The notes beneath the pieces were generated by a model. That model had not been told where the DNA came from. It was given only the letters and a program-made list of their open reading frames with translations, and did no database searches. This document shows, in pieces, positions 12,190 to 24,500 of a stretch of 64,000 nucleotides of DNA. The stretch comes from Ramazzottius varieornatus (taxonomy: Eukaryota > Animalia > Tardigrada): positions 2,097,249 to 2,161,248 of the forward strand of contig BDGG01000005.1 in assembly GCA_001949185.1 (NCBI GenBank), read 5' to 3'. Position 1 is the stretch's first letter. Every line of letters begins with the position of its first letter. Position numbers and translations under genes: made by a program.

Positions 12190-14395
12190 AGAGCATCCTT
12201 ATCATCTCACCAGCAGCATCTTCTCTCATAGATGTAATGGTTTCTGTTTCGAACAATCTACACGTACAGGAAAAGAGTAAATTGGCAAGCTCGGACTTTA
12301 GCTTCGTCCTCAGGTGAGAGGCAAATTACTTACCCTGGAATAGGCCATCATTTTCTGACGTCGCACTCGTTTGTTTTCCAACACTTGTGCTCGATCAACC
12401 TTCTTCGGCTCCAACTGCTTGACCCTTCTACAATGACAACTACCAACGTTTCCCCACAAAAAAATAACGAGAGGCGTCCAAAGCGTCTTTACCTGCTAGT
12501 TTCCATTCTCGCTCTTTTCAAAGATATCTCATTATCCCGGTAAATTAGTGGTACGTCTTTCTGCTGATCAATGAGCCACCCATTGCCCATTCTGCCATCT
12601 TCCTGTGGCTGAGCTGTCGGGTTTTGCCGGTAGTCTGCGCTGGCTGAACGGGAAGCAAAGCGTTGGTACCAAGCTGGTTCAGAGCTTGGCATCTGTCCTG
12701 CAATGGGAGGCCCACTCCACCAAGATGGATGCATTCGACCGTCACGCTTACTTTGAATCTGCTCTTGTCGATCCTCGGACCGCATGATGAAAACCTTCTT
12801 CCGATTATAGAAGGCATCCTGAAAAGTAACCAATTCCGTAATTAATTTCGAATGCAAATGCCAATCGACTTGCGCAAACTGCAAGGTCGGTGACTAAAAA
12901 TGCTCAGTCTGCACACACCTGCATGCTGACGCATCATTAGAGGTGCATGGGTGCCTGCATGCAGGTTCATGACGCTTGTATTAATAGACACTCAACGAGC
13001 GGTCCGCAAGGAGCATTCACGCACCGTGCACATACCTGCATGCTTCCGGTCCCATATAAATATCCGAACCACGGTATACAGGTGGAGATATTTTGCCTGC
13101 CAATCTCCCTGATACTTATTCTTACCCGAGTATTTCACCTACCTGTAGAGGAACTGTTTCGCATTCGCCGAACCAAACGCCATCGCTGTTCGTTCCTTGG
13201 CAGACTTCTCCATCACCTTGCCCTCTTTGCTGCACGTCTGGCAGTTCCTCGTTGACGCACATACACGCACTTCTTAACCGCGAAATCTGCATGATGTTCC
13301 GTCCCCCGTGCTTCCGTCCACTGGGCTGTGCATTGTAATTGCAGCCACATTCTTGCGCAGGTTTCTTCGGTTGACGGGTCATCGGGGGGAAGTTGAGCTG
13401 GTAGCTAACTGGTGGACGAGGAAGTTTATGTTGTCTGCACGTCTTATCTTCACACTGCGGACACACGGAACGGCCAGCCGGTCGCGACTCCCCATTCGCT
13501 ATGTGGTTCAAAGGCATCACAGCAAGCTCGTTTGAATCACTGGGTGGTGGTAGACGCTCGTTCTTCCGGCTCATGTCAATTTTACAGTTTATACCAGTCT
13601 CTGTGTTACCATTGGCTTTTTGTTTGTTCTGCTCTGACTTTGGACTCGAGTTGACTGCTGGAACAGGCTTGCTCAAGGAGAGTGTTGGCGGTGGAACAGT
13701 TTTCACCGGAAGTGAGTTTGGTTTCTGGGTAGGCTTGGACGGGAAAGGTTCGGAGCATTCTGGCTGTGGCACTGGGGATACGGTTCTTGGTATGATAGCA
13801 CATGGCTCGTTTGATATTCTCGTAGGTTTACTTGCCATACCTGCGGCGATGTTCCTTGGTTCGTCATCTGTATCCCGAGTTCCCATGTCACTTCGTAGTG
13901 AACAACTATCAAGAGGAAACGAACATTGACCATCGAAAGCAGCATAAATTAGGGAAAGAGGTACCTGCAAGACGTCTCTGATCCCGTTTCGTCTTCGGCA
14001 GTCTCTCCTTGAGTAACAGTATTTGCCGTGGAGACGTTCTTAGACGTGGACTTTGCTGTTGAAACTCTCGATTCAGGTTCGGTGTTTTCTCGTGAGCTCC
14101 GTCTAGAGGATGTAACATGGCGGTTGCGTTCCTTCAACTGTGAATATCGTTCGAAGAGCTTGTACATGCGATCTTGCACTTCTTGAAACATGACGTCGAA
14201 CTGGCTTTGCTGGGTTGGCGCATACTCTGTTCCCGAACAGCCGGAAGTCGTTGTTGGAGCCGAAGCACAACCATTCCGCGAGATGCTGGTTGATACACTC
14301 ATTTCCACAGGGTCTTGGAGGTTGTGTCGCCGATCAACAGACAAATGGTGAAGGATGGCTGTAAGCTGGGACGGTTGGCTCAAGCCTCGAATCAT
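12190..14395 (-). CDS. Spliced gene of unknown function (N-terminal coiled coil, Pro/Ser-rich middle, scattered Cys)
   Basis: Successive minus-strand ORFs 13949-14395, 13122-13970 and 12489-12884 with GT-AG junctions, and a coiled-coil-like FQEVQDRMYKLFERYSQLKERN. The 3' end is uncertain. Confidence 0.45.
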
Positions 14396-14760
14396 AGCAC
14401 TAAGTTAGTTTAGATAACCAACAACTCGTAAATTCGAAGATCTTCGCCATAACGCCATTTACTGGTTGCGAGAGCGTCACACGTCTTTCCGGCTTCCGGT
14501 GACGCTATTAGCTAGACTCAAAGCTGGCGTTTACGTAAAAGTAGTCGTTTAAAAACGGCGTTTGTTTAAGTAAATCAACCAATCGGGCGATCAATTGAAA
14601 TTTCAGGTCTGAGTACCGAAATAATCACTCACAGTCCAACATACCAAATGACGTAGAAAAGGCTGTGAGGTCAGAACCGTTAAAGGGAATTTTTTTGAGC
14701 GGAGTATTCTTCATTATTTACACCTTGCACTTTAGTCTCTTTACAGTTTGTCTCCTTAAG

Positions 14761-15978
14761 ATGCCTAGTCGAGTGAACCGTAGGCAGCTGGTGCGATCCA
14801 TCGATGTGAAGATTTTGACGGATTTGATAGTCAAGGAAGTACTGGATTCAAGCAGCGATGACCAAGATCGGAAGATGGACGAGGAATCAGAAAGCAGCTC
14901 GGACGACGACCACACTACCACGGCCATTGCACGATGCTATGCAGCTGATAGCCGTTATCTCTCACCAAGACAGTGGTTACCGAAAACGAAAGAACTGGTC
15001 GACATCATTTTCAAGTCGGACGATGTGACATTCAAGCGTAACGCAAGGATGAGCAGACAGGCGTTCTACGGAATCGCGCAAAAGATACGAGACTACAAAG
15101 TCTTCAAGAACAAGAGCATCCTCAGCCAAGTCGATCCCGCGGAACAGCTGATAATTGCGCTGGGCCGTTTTGGATTCGACGGATCGGACTCCTCTTTATG
15201 GAAGGATGGTGTGTATTTTGGTGTGGGAGAAGGTACGGTAAATCTGTACACCGAACGTGTTATGGTGGCATTGCTCTCACTGGAACGTCACACAGTATTT
15301 TGGCCCAAGACAGCTGAACGGATGCAGATCAGAAGGCGTATCGAAGAGGCTTACAAGTTCCGTAATTGCACCGGATATGTTGATGGAACACTGGTCGGTC
15401 TGGAAGAAAAGCCCACAGGCAGCGGAGAAGACTACTTCTCACGCAAGAGTGGTTACGCCATAAATGCTATGATAGTTGTGGATGACCAAAAAATTATCCG
15501 CCACGTCTATGCTGGTTGGCCGGGTGGAGCGCACGACCACCGTGTTTTTATGTATTCCAAACTTGCAAGATTTCCATCAGACTACTTTGCAAACGGGGAG
15601 TATCTGCTGGCTGACAGCGCCTACCCCACCTCGGACATAACAGTTCCTACGTACAAGAAGCCTGCGGCCGACATTGCCGAAAATCGGGAGTTCAGCGCTG
15701 TCCACGTCCTGAAGGGGCGTTTCAAGAGCCTAAAGCGTCTACGAGTGCACATCAAAGAAAAGAAAGACCTTGCGTGGGCGGTGTACTGGATCCGAGTCTG
15801 CTGCATACTTCACAACTTACTCGATAAGGACCCCTATGACGAAGAGTGGACCGAAGAAGAAGCGAACGCCGAAGAAAACGAAGACGATGAACTCGCCATC
15901 CACCTACAGGCAGACTCGTGCCAAACTGGACGGATGAAACGCGAAGCAGTGAAGCAATCGGTTCTGGGACGATACTGA
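14761..15978 (+). CDS. Harbinger-type DDE_Tnp_4 transposase, apparently lacking the catalytic Glu segment
   Basis: FKRNARMSRQAF, HTH region GVGEGTV, GYVDGTLV, GWPGGAHDHRVF and YLLADSAY are present. ENREF is followed by SAVHVLKGRF, with no R-x-x-x-E segment. Confidence 0.88.
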   Translation: MPSRVNRRQLVRSIDVKILTDLIVKEVLDSSSDDQDRKMDEESESSSDDDHTTTAIARCYAADSRYLSPRQWLPKTKELVDIIFKSDDVTFKRNARMSRQAFYGIAQKIRDYKVFKNKSILSQVDPAEQLIIALGRFGFDGSDSSLWKDGVYFGVGEGTVNLYTERVMVALLSLERHTVFWPKTAERMQIRRRIEEAYKFRNCTGYVDGTLVGLEEKPTGSGEDYFSRKSGYAINAMIVVDDQKIIRHVYAGWPGGAHDHRVFMYSKLARFPSDYFANGEYLLADSAYPTSDITVPTYKKPAADIAENREFSAVHVLKGRFKSLKRLRVHIKEKKDLAWAVYWIRVCCILHNLLDKDPYDEEWTEEEANAEENEDDELAIHLQADSCQTGRMKREAVKQSVLGRY

Positions 15979-16195
15979 ATTAGGACATTCAAAAGTTGGG
16001 TTTTTCTTCTTGCTGCGAGCGCAGGAGCTTGATTTCCCAACTTTCGAAATTTCGAGAATTCGTCGGTTACAGATTCGGTTCAGTTCAGTACAATCATATT
16101 CCTCATTTGTAAGATCCCGAAAGTTGAGCTTATAAAGACTGGGAAACAGAATGATAACATTTCCAAATAACGTCATTAAAGTGAATGCACAACGC

Positions 16196-17433
16196 TCACG
16201 TTTCTCTCTTCATCTTTTCCATCTCCAACTGTAGCTCCAGCCTGCGCAACTCGATTTCGGCTTTTCGTAGTTCGTTGTCTCGGTCTTTCCGCTCCAGTTC
16301 TTTCATCCTGGTTTCATGCTCATCGCGCTGCTTCTTGGCCTGGAGTTTGATTTCTTCCTCCTTCAGATCCAGCTCGCGCTTGTATCGGCGCTCTACCATT
16401 TCATTTCTGGCGGCGGCTCGATCGTTTCTTTCTTTTCCTGTTGCCAGCCGAACTCCAACTAAGTCCATGGGTTTCTCTCGTGGCTTCTTGACACTTTCTT
16501 GTTGACCACCCATGTTAGTTTTCTGCAGTCCAGCAATGGATTTCTTTGCAGAGTTGTTGATGACAGAGCTTAGCGACTTAGCAGAAGAAGCGCCGAACTG
16601 TTCCTCGTCGTCAGAGGGAACATAGTCCCCATCCAGAGCTTTATCCGCTTGGGACCGATGATCTTCCACATCAGGAGTGCTCGCACGCACGCTGTCGGGT
16701 GTGCCGAATGGAAAAACCTCTGGGCTTGTTGGATCCGGTTGACTAAGGTCGATCTGAGGTACTGCTTCATTTATCGTTCGAACCTTTGAGAAGACTTCCG
16801 CCACGATACCGTCCTCGTTGTCCCCGGTGGAGAGGCCGGACATAGCAGGACGATCGCAGAGAATTGGATCCAGCCGATCCCAGTGCGGTCACATCTAACG
16901 AGTTGTCTCTACGCCAAAAAAACATGTAAAGTACAAAGTTCGAAAGCTGGGAAAACGTTCCCATTATGAATGGTTCAGTCCATTTTCCCAACTTTCGACT
17001 TTTCATAGGAGGACCGGATACCTTTCAGATTTTTCTCGTCCTGACTCCCAAAGCCCGTTCCTCCCAAAGCTCGATGCGCCTTCTTCCATGAGCTGACCAG
17101 GTTGTCGATCTTGTTATGAACTTGATCGGTGGTCTTGATAAATCCACACTGGGCTAACATTGCTACAATTTCTTTCTTGATGGCTTTCTTCGTCTTGCCA
17201 CTAGTTCTGGTCCTCCCGTCATCTTTCACTTGCGAGGCAGATCTGTATTTGTCATAATTACCTGGCGTTTCCATCCACTGTAGCAGACGTTCCTCGGCTC
17301 CATTCTTCCAACTATCGCGCTTTTTCACCTCCTTTGCTTTCTCCCCGCCAGATGTAAAAGTTGATTCGCCACGTTGATTGGTAGGCTTTGGCAGCAGCTA
17401 CAGCTGGGAAGATGATGCTGTATGGAATGGCAT
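16196..17433 (-). pseudogene. Myb/SANT-like accessory gene of the Harbinger element, with premature stops
   Basis: SWKNGAEERLLQWMETPGNYDKYR...SGKTKKAI...KIDNLVSSWKKA...TGFG, an intron near 17021-16911, then (C>stop)PHWDRLDPILCDRP and a C-terminal charged coiled coil. An in-frame TAG lies at codon 12 from the ATG at 17433. Confidence 0.8.
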
Positions 17434-18129
17434 CCTCTAGAGCAGAAGTTGAAGGGACAAAAGTACCACAGGAACAGGAGAAAGAGGAGCGAAAAAGCAG
17501 TCCAAGGAGAGAGTAATTACTCGGTAGAAACAAATGCGCCAAATGAAACTATCAGCTGACGTGCTCAGTTTGACCGCTTGAAATTTTCGCGCTCGATGCC
17601 GACGTCACTGAGGTGATTAACAGGCTCCGTTTAGCTAAATGGACGATTTCAATCCGTTTAGCTGAACTGAGTGGGCAGGGTCTGTTTGGCGAGCTTGATC
17701 AATTCCAACGTCCGTTTAGCTAAACAAACGGCCCAAATTTAGGTAAACGCCAGCTTTGAGTCTAGCTGTTGAGTGAATCATAGACCGGTTGAGTTCAGCA
17801 TTCGATAGCCCTTAACTCCGCTCAGACTGGCAAGCCTGAGCCTACGGCGGAAAGATCAAAAGATGGGACTGCGGGTTCACTCACATCTGACGTAATAAAG
17901 AGCGTCTTTCAATTAAATAATCAACCCAAGTAAAGTGTGGACTGCGCCCAGACCGCTTGCTACGTCCGCTGACCAATAGAGAGGATGGGTCATTGGACCA
18001 GCTGCGATTGGGCAGCCAGCCCACCATTGCCAGTGGCTAGGTATCGGTGGCCAACCTAGTAAGACCAGTGGTCAGCTCCTAGTGGTCAACCTACCTATTT
18101 ACCTACCGCGTAGTACGAGTTACGTCATA

Positions 18130-18596
18130 TACCCTGTCGATCGTACAATAACGTACACCATATCTATAGCCGATCGGCGCACTGCATTTCTGTCCCTTTT
18201 GTTCCGCCCTTGCCTGTTGCGGCTGTAGCAAGTCAGCGTTGTACGATGGCGTACGTTTCTATGCCAGCAAGCACGGCGCCAACAATTTGGGGAAGTTGCG
18301 CTGATAGAAACGCACGGCTGAGCTTGCCAGACTGCTGTATGAGTCTGCAGTTTGCAGCCGTATGGAAAGCTCTTCCAGGCACCAGTCCAAACATTGCGAG
18401 CACGTATCAGTCCGAGCGATCAAACGATCTGTTACGAGCTCCTCCACGTCACCCTACACAGCCATCGGGCGTACTGATACCTCACGATTTGAATAGCCAG
18501 TCAAAAACTGAGTCTAAAACAAACGCCTATAATCATACCCTGTCGGTCGTACATCCACCCTGTCGATCGTACATCACCCCCTGTCGATCGTACGGT
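18130..18596. repeat. Repeated ccctgtcgatcgtac motif (one copy at ~18132, three tandem at ~18538-18594)
   Basis: Direct repeats read from the sequence. Probably subterminal repeats of a decayed non-autonomous element. Confidence 0.55.
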
Positions 18597-18747
18597 AAAG
18601 TTCGTGCCACTGTCCATTTGTCCGATCGGCAGGGTGCTGAGACGAATCAGTTTTGTTTTAATCAACCGCCGTTCACTCGAGTTGATTTGTACCGAATTGA
18701 TTAATGTGACACTAATCCATGACGCAGCAAAAACTTGGTAAAGCTAG

Positions 18748-18812
18748 AAAAATTCCAAAAAGTCCCAGAAAATTTCAGAGAAGTTCCAGAAAACTCCAGG
18801 ATGATCCCAAGA
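18748..18812. repeat. Degenerate ~10-11-bp tandem repeat (aaaattccag-like)
   Basis: aaaattccaa aaagtcccag aaaatttcag agaagttccag aaaactccag. Confidence 0.5.
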
Positions 18813-19883
18813 CGATAATTCTTGCTCCTAGACGCTTGAGCACTGCCTGAGAAGGGACGATACAGACTCTCCGGAGGATTTCCTGTACCGACTTATCGGT
18901 GTTACATCGCGCTTTCTCTTGTCACCGGTGGTTCGTGATATAAAGTACAATGCGAATATCGGAGAACAAGCTGCAAGTAGGAAGAAGTCCGGAGAACAAG
19001 AATTCGATCTGTTGCCTGCTCGATCGAAAGTTCGGAGTTCAGTATGGATCTGGAATGAGCAGTTGTGGGGTTTTATCCTGTCCGCTTCGCTAGCGCTTTC
19101 GGAACGCGGGAGCGCTTCGCTATGACCTCTTATGAGATACAAGGGTCCGCCATCCGCTTTGCTACCGCAATAGTAAACTTCCTTTGTGCAAGAAAAAGCA
19201 TCGATTTTTGGCCGTTTTTCATAATCTAGACTGATCGAAAAAATGACGAAGTATTGATTCAAGCTCGAAACAAGCTCAAACATATTGACAAAGTTTGTTA
19301 AAGTCGAACTTTACGTGATAAGTACCGATAGAGCCCAGTTTTTCACCCATTTTGGCTCAAAATCCGCTATTTCCGCTACAGATCTTTGCCGCTCCACTCT
19401 GGATAGTTCTGAGTGCGCCCAGTTTCGCTATAGTTTCGCTACTTAGCGTAGCGAAGCGGAAAAATGGTCCAAAAACGCTCCGCCGTTCCAAAACTGCTCA
19501 TCCCTGGCATGGATGTACCGAGAGACAACTCTGGCCGGCCATCCACGAATTTCAACAATCGGAATATCCATGCTTATCTGGTTCAATTGCTGAATAATTT
19601 CAGCGTAATGCCATGTTGTGTCATGCAGGTAAGATGTCAAGCCTCCCAGTTTTACCTCCGAGATGTGTCAATTGCTTCAATTTGACCGCGATATGCGAAT
19701 CACAGTGTGGGTCACCAAATACATGGCAGGCCACTAAAAGAACTGAATAAATGCAAGTGATTACTTGATTCGTGGTAACCGTGCATCCAGCACCTGTTGC
19801 GCGTTTGCATACTGTTTATTTGATCGCTGCATATATTCTTCAACATTACTAGAATCTTCCTAATATCGTACCTGTGTTCAACG

Positions 19884-21200
19884 ATGGCTTCCAAGATGGA
19901 GGATAACACTGATGGGCGAGTGCGGAAACGATTGACACTGAGGGAAAAGCAGGAAATTCTGCGATTGTATCCGAAACAGGTAAGCCTAACCCTCGACGGA
20001 AACTGAATCACTGCACTCTTCCTTTGCCGTACTTATCGTCCCGGTCTGAAATATGTTTCAGATCTCTATGAACGAGGTGATGGGGTTGTTTGATATCAAA
20101 TCCCGAACTGCAGTCAAGAGGCTGGAAAAAAGCGTGAGTTCGTTTTGTCAGTTCAGGAGAACGACAAAACTTCGAAGAAAATTTATCGAAAGCGAAAGTT
20201 TGAAGAAGTTGAAGAGATTCTTTTGGACTTTGTGGAGGAGAATAACAAGCGTGACATGCCAATCTCGAGAAACGATCTGAAACAGGAAGCCTTGAACATC
20301 GCAAGACGACTCCAGATCGAGGGATTCACTGGAAGCAACGGATGGATTCAAAAGTTTATGAAGCGAAATGATCTCGGATCAGTTGCTTTGCATGGTGATT
20401 CAAATTATTGCAGGTCGCTTTTTTCTGCATACTTTTAAGTGTGTATGATTCTAAATTGTAGGTGAAGAAGCTGCTGCTAGCCAAGAGGTTGCCGATAACT
20501 GGATAGCTAACCACGTTCCCAATATCATCCAGTCCTACCGCAACGAAGACATTTTCAACTGTGATAAAACGGGAACCCAGTATCGAGCTCTGCCAAAGAA
20601 AACTCTTGCACGAAAAGGACAGAAGAAAAAAGGTGGAAAGTCAATAAGGAAAGATTGTCGGTTCTGTTTTGCTGTAGCGCCGCCGGAAAGAAGTTACCAC
20701 CTCTTGTGATCGGAAATTCGAAAAAGCCACGAATTTTCACGAAAGTCAAGTTGGATATCTAGAAAGCTGGCTTCAGCTGGTACTCGAATTCAACATCTGG
20801 GATGAAGACTGATATTTTCGAAGAATGGCTAACTAATTTGAATAACAGCATGAAGGCTCAAAAACGGAAAATCGTTCTGCTGCTCGACAACTTCTCAGCG
20901 CATCGTGTTGGCGAAAAGTCCAATATCAAAGTAGTCTTCCTTCCGCCTAACCTGACGAGCAAGGTACAACCTCTGGATAATGGAATCATAGCGTCTTACA
21001 AGAATTACGAGCAACGATACAAAGCTGAACATCGACGGACGAATCTGTATAGCTTCAGCAACGGCTTTGAATACACCAAGTCTATCAATGTTCTCGATGC
21101 GGTCAAATGGGTTGTTCGAGGATGGGCTCAGGTGAAGGAAAGTACTATTCGAAACTGTTTTGGAGCCACTGGTTTGTATCATATGGCTGAAAGAAGTTAA
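19884..21200 (+). pseudogene. pogo/Tigger (CENP-B-like) transposase pseudogene with introns, DD29D
   Basis: HTH-psq-like RKRLTLREKQEILR, CENPB HTH (SNGWIQKFMKRN), IFNCDKTG, KERLSVLFCC, LLLDNFSAH and FLPPNLTSKVQPLD. Frameshifts at ~20140 and ~20640 and a TAG at 20760. TIRs not identified. Confidence 0.88.
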
Positions 21201-21588
21201 GTCGATCGTTCACGTTTCTGACCGATAGAATATCTGATATTGCATGGCAGCCTTGTGCTGAATGGCTTGCCATATTTCGTTTGTTTTGGTCCACCGTGTA
21301 GTAAACAGATGGGACATCGCAAAACAAAATCAAGCGTTTGAATTGACACATCTGGGAGGTAGAACTGTACTTCTCTCGAAATCGCAATCTCTCGATCTTA
21401 TCCGTCGCGATATTATGTGATGTCATGTCACACAGAACGAAATGTTTACGTTTCCTCGGAAGCTTAAGTGACCATAGCAGGGCTAATGTAGACTATCACT
21501 CTGACGTAGATCTGCTGCTCTCGAAGTTCTTCAATCAGGTAGGACTTGGAAGCTCATTCCGCAGCAAGGAATTCGCGGAGCTGGGGTC

Positions 21589-24500
21589 ATGGTTCGTTCC
21601 GCGCCAAGAGTCACCGGACTGTCACCCAAGGAGGGCCCTCCTGGGACACGCATCATAGTCCGAGGCGAGAATCTGGGGAACAACGCCCATGATCTTCTGT
21701 CCGTTTCGATATGTGGAGTCGAGTGCGTCTTCCAAGCAGAATGGCAGAGCCCAAGCAAGATTCTGTGCCGATCTGGGAATGGACAGGGACTTGGAGATGT
21801 CGTCGTCACGACCAAGTCAGGTATTCGCCAATCTCGATCTTTCGACCACGCATGTAACTTAGTCATGTTTGCTTCTTAATCTTCCGGGCTGATACAGTAG
21901 TTGTTTTGCTTTGCAGGTGGCCGAGGAGCATGTACCGTACAGTTCCGTGGATTCATGGATGCTGTTGGACCAACGAATGAAACGGCTGTTTGGGTGGATG
22001 ACTCCAGATTCATTGGTACGTTTCTTGTATTTATGGATTTCGAGCTTCGAAATTCGAATCCTGTTCGACTAGTCGACTATGTGAAAACTCGATTCAAACT
22101 GCGCATTCTTGTGTTGCAGAAGGAGCAGGGCGATCTCAGCCAGCCACGTCGACTGGGTTCGTTGAAGGTCAGGACCCTCTTGCGCTTTCAGACGAGCCAT
22201 CTGTCTGCATCTACTCGGAAGAACAACTGCTGGAAATGTTCGGCGACGGCAAGTTAACGCTAAGAAGTGATCTCTTGAACGGTCCACGAACATACGTGTT
22301 TACCAATTGAAGATTTAGGGAGCGGGAATATCACCCGAGAGAATTTCATTCCTGCGTGGTACCTGCTGGAGAATCACAGTGGAGCCACTTTGGACGATTT
22401 GAAGCACGGGCTAAAGCACATGCAGTCGCAGACTAAACATCAAGGAGGAGATGGTTAGTAGAAAAATCTTCTTTAGAAAGTCATAACGTGCATTGAGTTT
22501 GGCATTGAAGGACCAACGGCATTTCTGAAGAGTCATCTTGGTTCATACTTCGAGTGTATCGACACGTTGGACAACTTGGAAGTCCGCTTCGGGGAGGATA
22601 GTGATAAGTTTTTGGAGAACGTGGACAGTCTGCTTGACAGAATATCCTCGGCGCGGGACCTGTCGAACCGAACGTATGAGGCGGTCTTTCAACGCCGACA
22701 GAAGATCGACCTGTACAGACATTGCATTTCCACCGTCAATCGGTTCCACTATGTCTTCGATCTTCTGTCAAGCATCCACAAGAATATCAAAACTCGACAC
22801 TTCCGGGCGGTCGTCACCGACCACAAAAAACTCCAGCAACTTCTAGGTACCATTTTTCTCACTTTGTGAATGATTTAAGCGAAATGGAAACTATCTTGCA
22901 AAGTTGAAATTTAATATCAGGAACAAAAAAAACGGGAATCGATAAATAAATTGGAGCTCGCCAGACAAACTCGACAAGACTGTTTTAAGACTGTTTTACC
23001 AAGTGGTGGCGCACGTTTGCAGTGTCATTGATGGGAAACGTGCGCCACTTGTCAAAACGATCGGACTGAGTTTGTTTGCTTGTGCGGGCTGTCCCAGTTA
23101 TTATTTTCATCTTTTATTTTGTTTTCCCGTTCTCTAAGAAGTAGCCCAGATTATTGAACAAATATCGATCGGGTTAAATGACAAAATAATGATCTATAAT
23201 TTCGTATACGCGTTTGCCTAATTATCGGGTGGGATAGAATTATCGACCACTGGCCGAAAGCGGCAGCTGAAGCTGAGCAATCAAACTAATCGATTGATGC
23301 GCTGCCGCCCGCTGCCGGTAATTTTGTCCCGGCCGATAATTAGTCAAACTGCGTATGCCGACTTTAGAATATTTCCTTCGTTCCAGGAAAAAGCCAGGTG
23401 AAAGGTTTGCAAGATGTATTTCGCGAAGTAGAAGCCAAGGTCAACTCTCTCAGGAACACGCTACGCGATGAACTCAAGCAAATGCCCGGAGAGCCCGAAA
23501 ACCAAATTCAAACTTGTCGAAACCTCTCGGAGCTCGGTGACGAAGGAGACTTCGGATGGGAATGCATCACGGATGTACACACGTACATCATGGGCAAGAT
23601 GTTGGAAATCTACAGTTCTTACTTTACCGACGTGGCTAGTGCAGTTTACGACCTAAAGCGCTGTCTGCAGTCCAAAATCTTCCAGCACATCATCTTTCAC
23701 ATCCAGGTCGCTTCTCCTTTCGACTTGGAGGGCGATACATTTGATGAGCCGATCATTGTCGAACCCACTTCCGCCCATAGAGTCAAACACGAACCGATCA
23801 CAAGTTCCACTTCCATCTGCCAGCTGATCCGTGTCGTGAGTGAAGCTCTGGCGAAGAGCCTGGACCATTTAAACCGCCTTTGCGAAGCGTACTTCCAAGG
23901 TTAGTTTGTGTTTCGCGAGCTGTATCATCGGCAAACAGAAAGGATAGAACATTCACCACCTGCAGACTATCGGGACACGATAAACAAAGCGACCTAGAGT
24001 ATGCAGGCGGCTGAAGGACAAGCGGGGTTTGTCCATCACGTTACTGCATACAGGGCTAACAGGTTACTATTATTCTTTGATGTATGCAGGTTCGCAGCGG
24101 ATGGTATGTTTTGCTTACAGAACTCGCATTCACATTATCCATCGTTTCGATATTGCTTACCGTACCTCCAAGCTGTGTTGTGTTCCATTTGTAGGTGAGA
24201 TGAAGAAAACTGGTAAAGACATCGTCCTGTCCTCCGACCAGTCGAAGTTCGCTCGGCAGAAGGAGATGGTGGTCGAGGCGGTGGAGCTGTATGTTGTCAT
24301 CATTCAGTGCGCGCTGAAGTCGCGCGAAGCCATGATCAAGTCCGAAGAGTTTCTCGAAGCGGTAGGGTCGGTGGTGCGAGTAAGAAAAGCTGTGACAGGA
24401 CACTGTGAAAGCTCGTTCTTGCTAAGAACTCTACTCGTGGCGTTGAAGAAATCTGTCGTGTTTGCCTTACTCGACCGCGGCGTATCCGGTAATACTGATG

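Larger units (their letters stand above)
14510..17767. mobile_element. PIF/Harbinger (PHIS)-superfamily DNA transposon, full-length but defective, possibly Pangu-type
   Basis: ~30-bp TIRs agctagactcaaagctggcgtttac(g/c)taaa at both ends, flanked by ATT and GTT. Subterminal cgtttagctaaa-like repeats. Convergent transposase and Myb/SANT-like genes inside. Confidence 0.92.

Noticed and set aside
12915-13045. Cluster of TGCATG/GCATGC motifs in an intron as Rbfox splicing sites
   Set aside because: Mostly palindromic GCATGC or on the non-transcribed strand, with no alternative exon evident. More likely a repeat remnant.
13122-13460. Cys-x2-Cys motifs suggesting CtIP/Sae2 or a GRF zinc finger
   Set aside because: No RHR or PxTPxxFW motif and no consistent ligand spacing was found.
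18210-19283. ORFs of 150-164 aa between the two transposons
   Set aside because: They start at non-ATG codons, overlap repeat motifs and show no domain signal.
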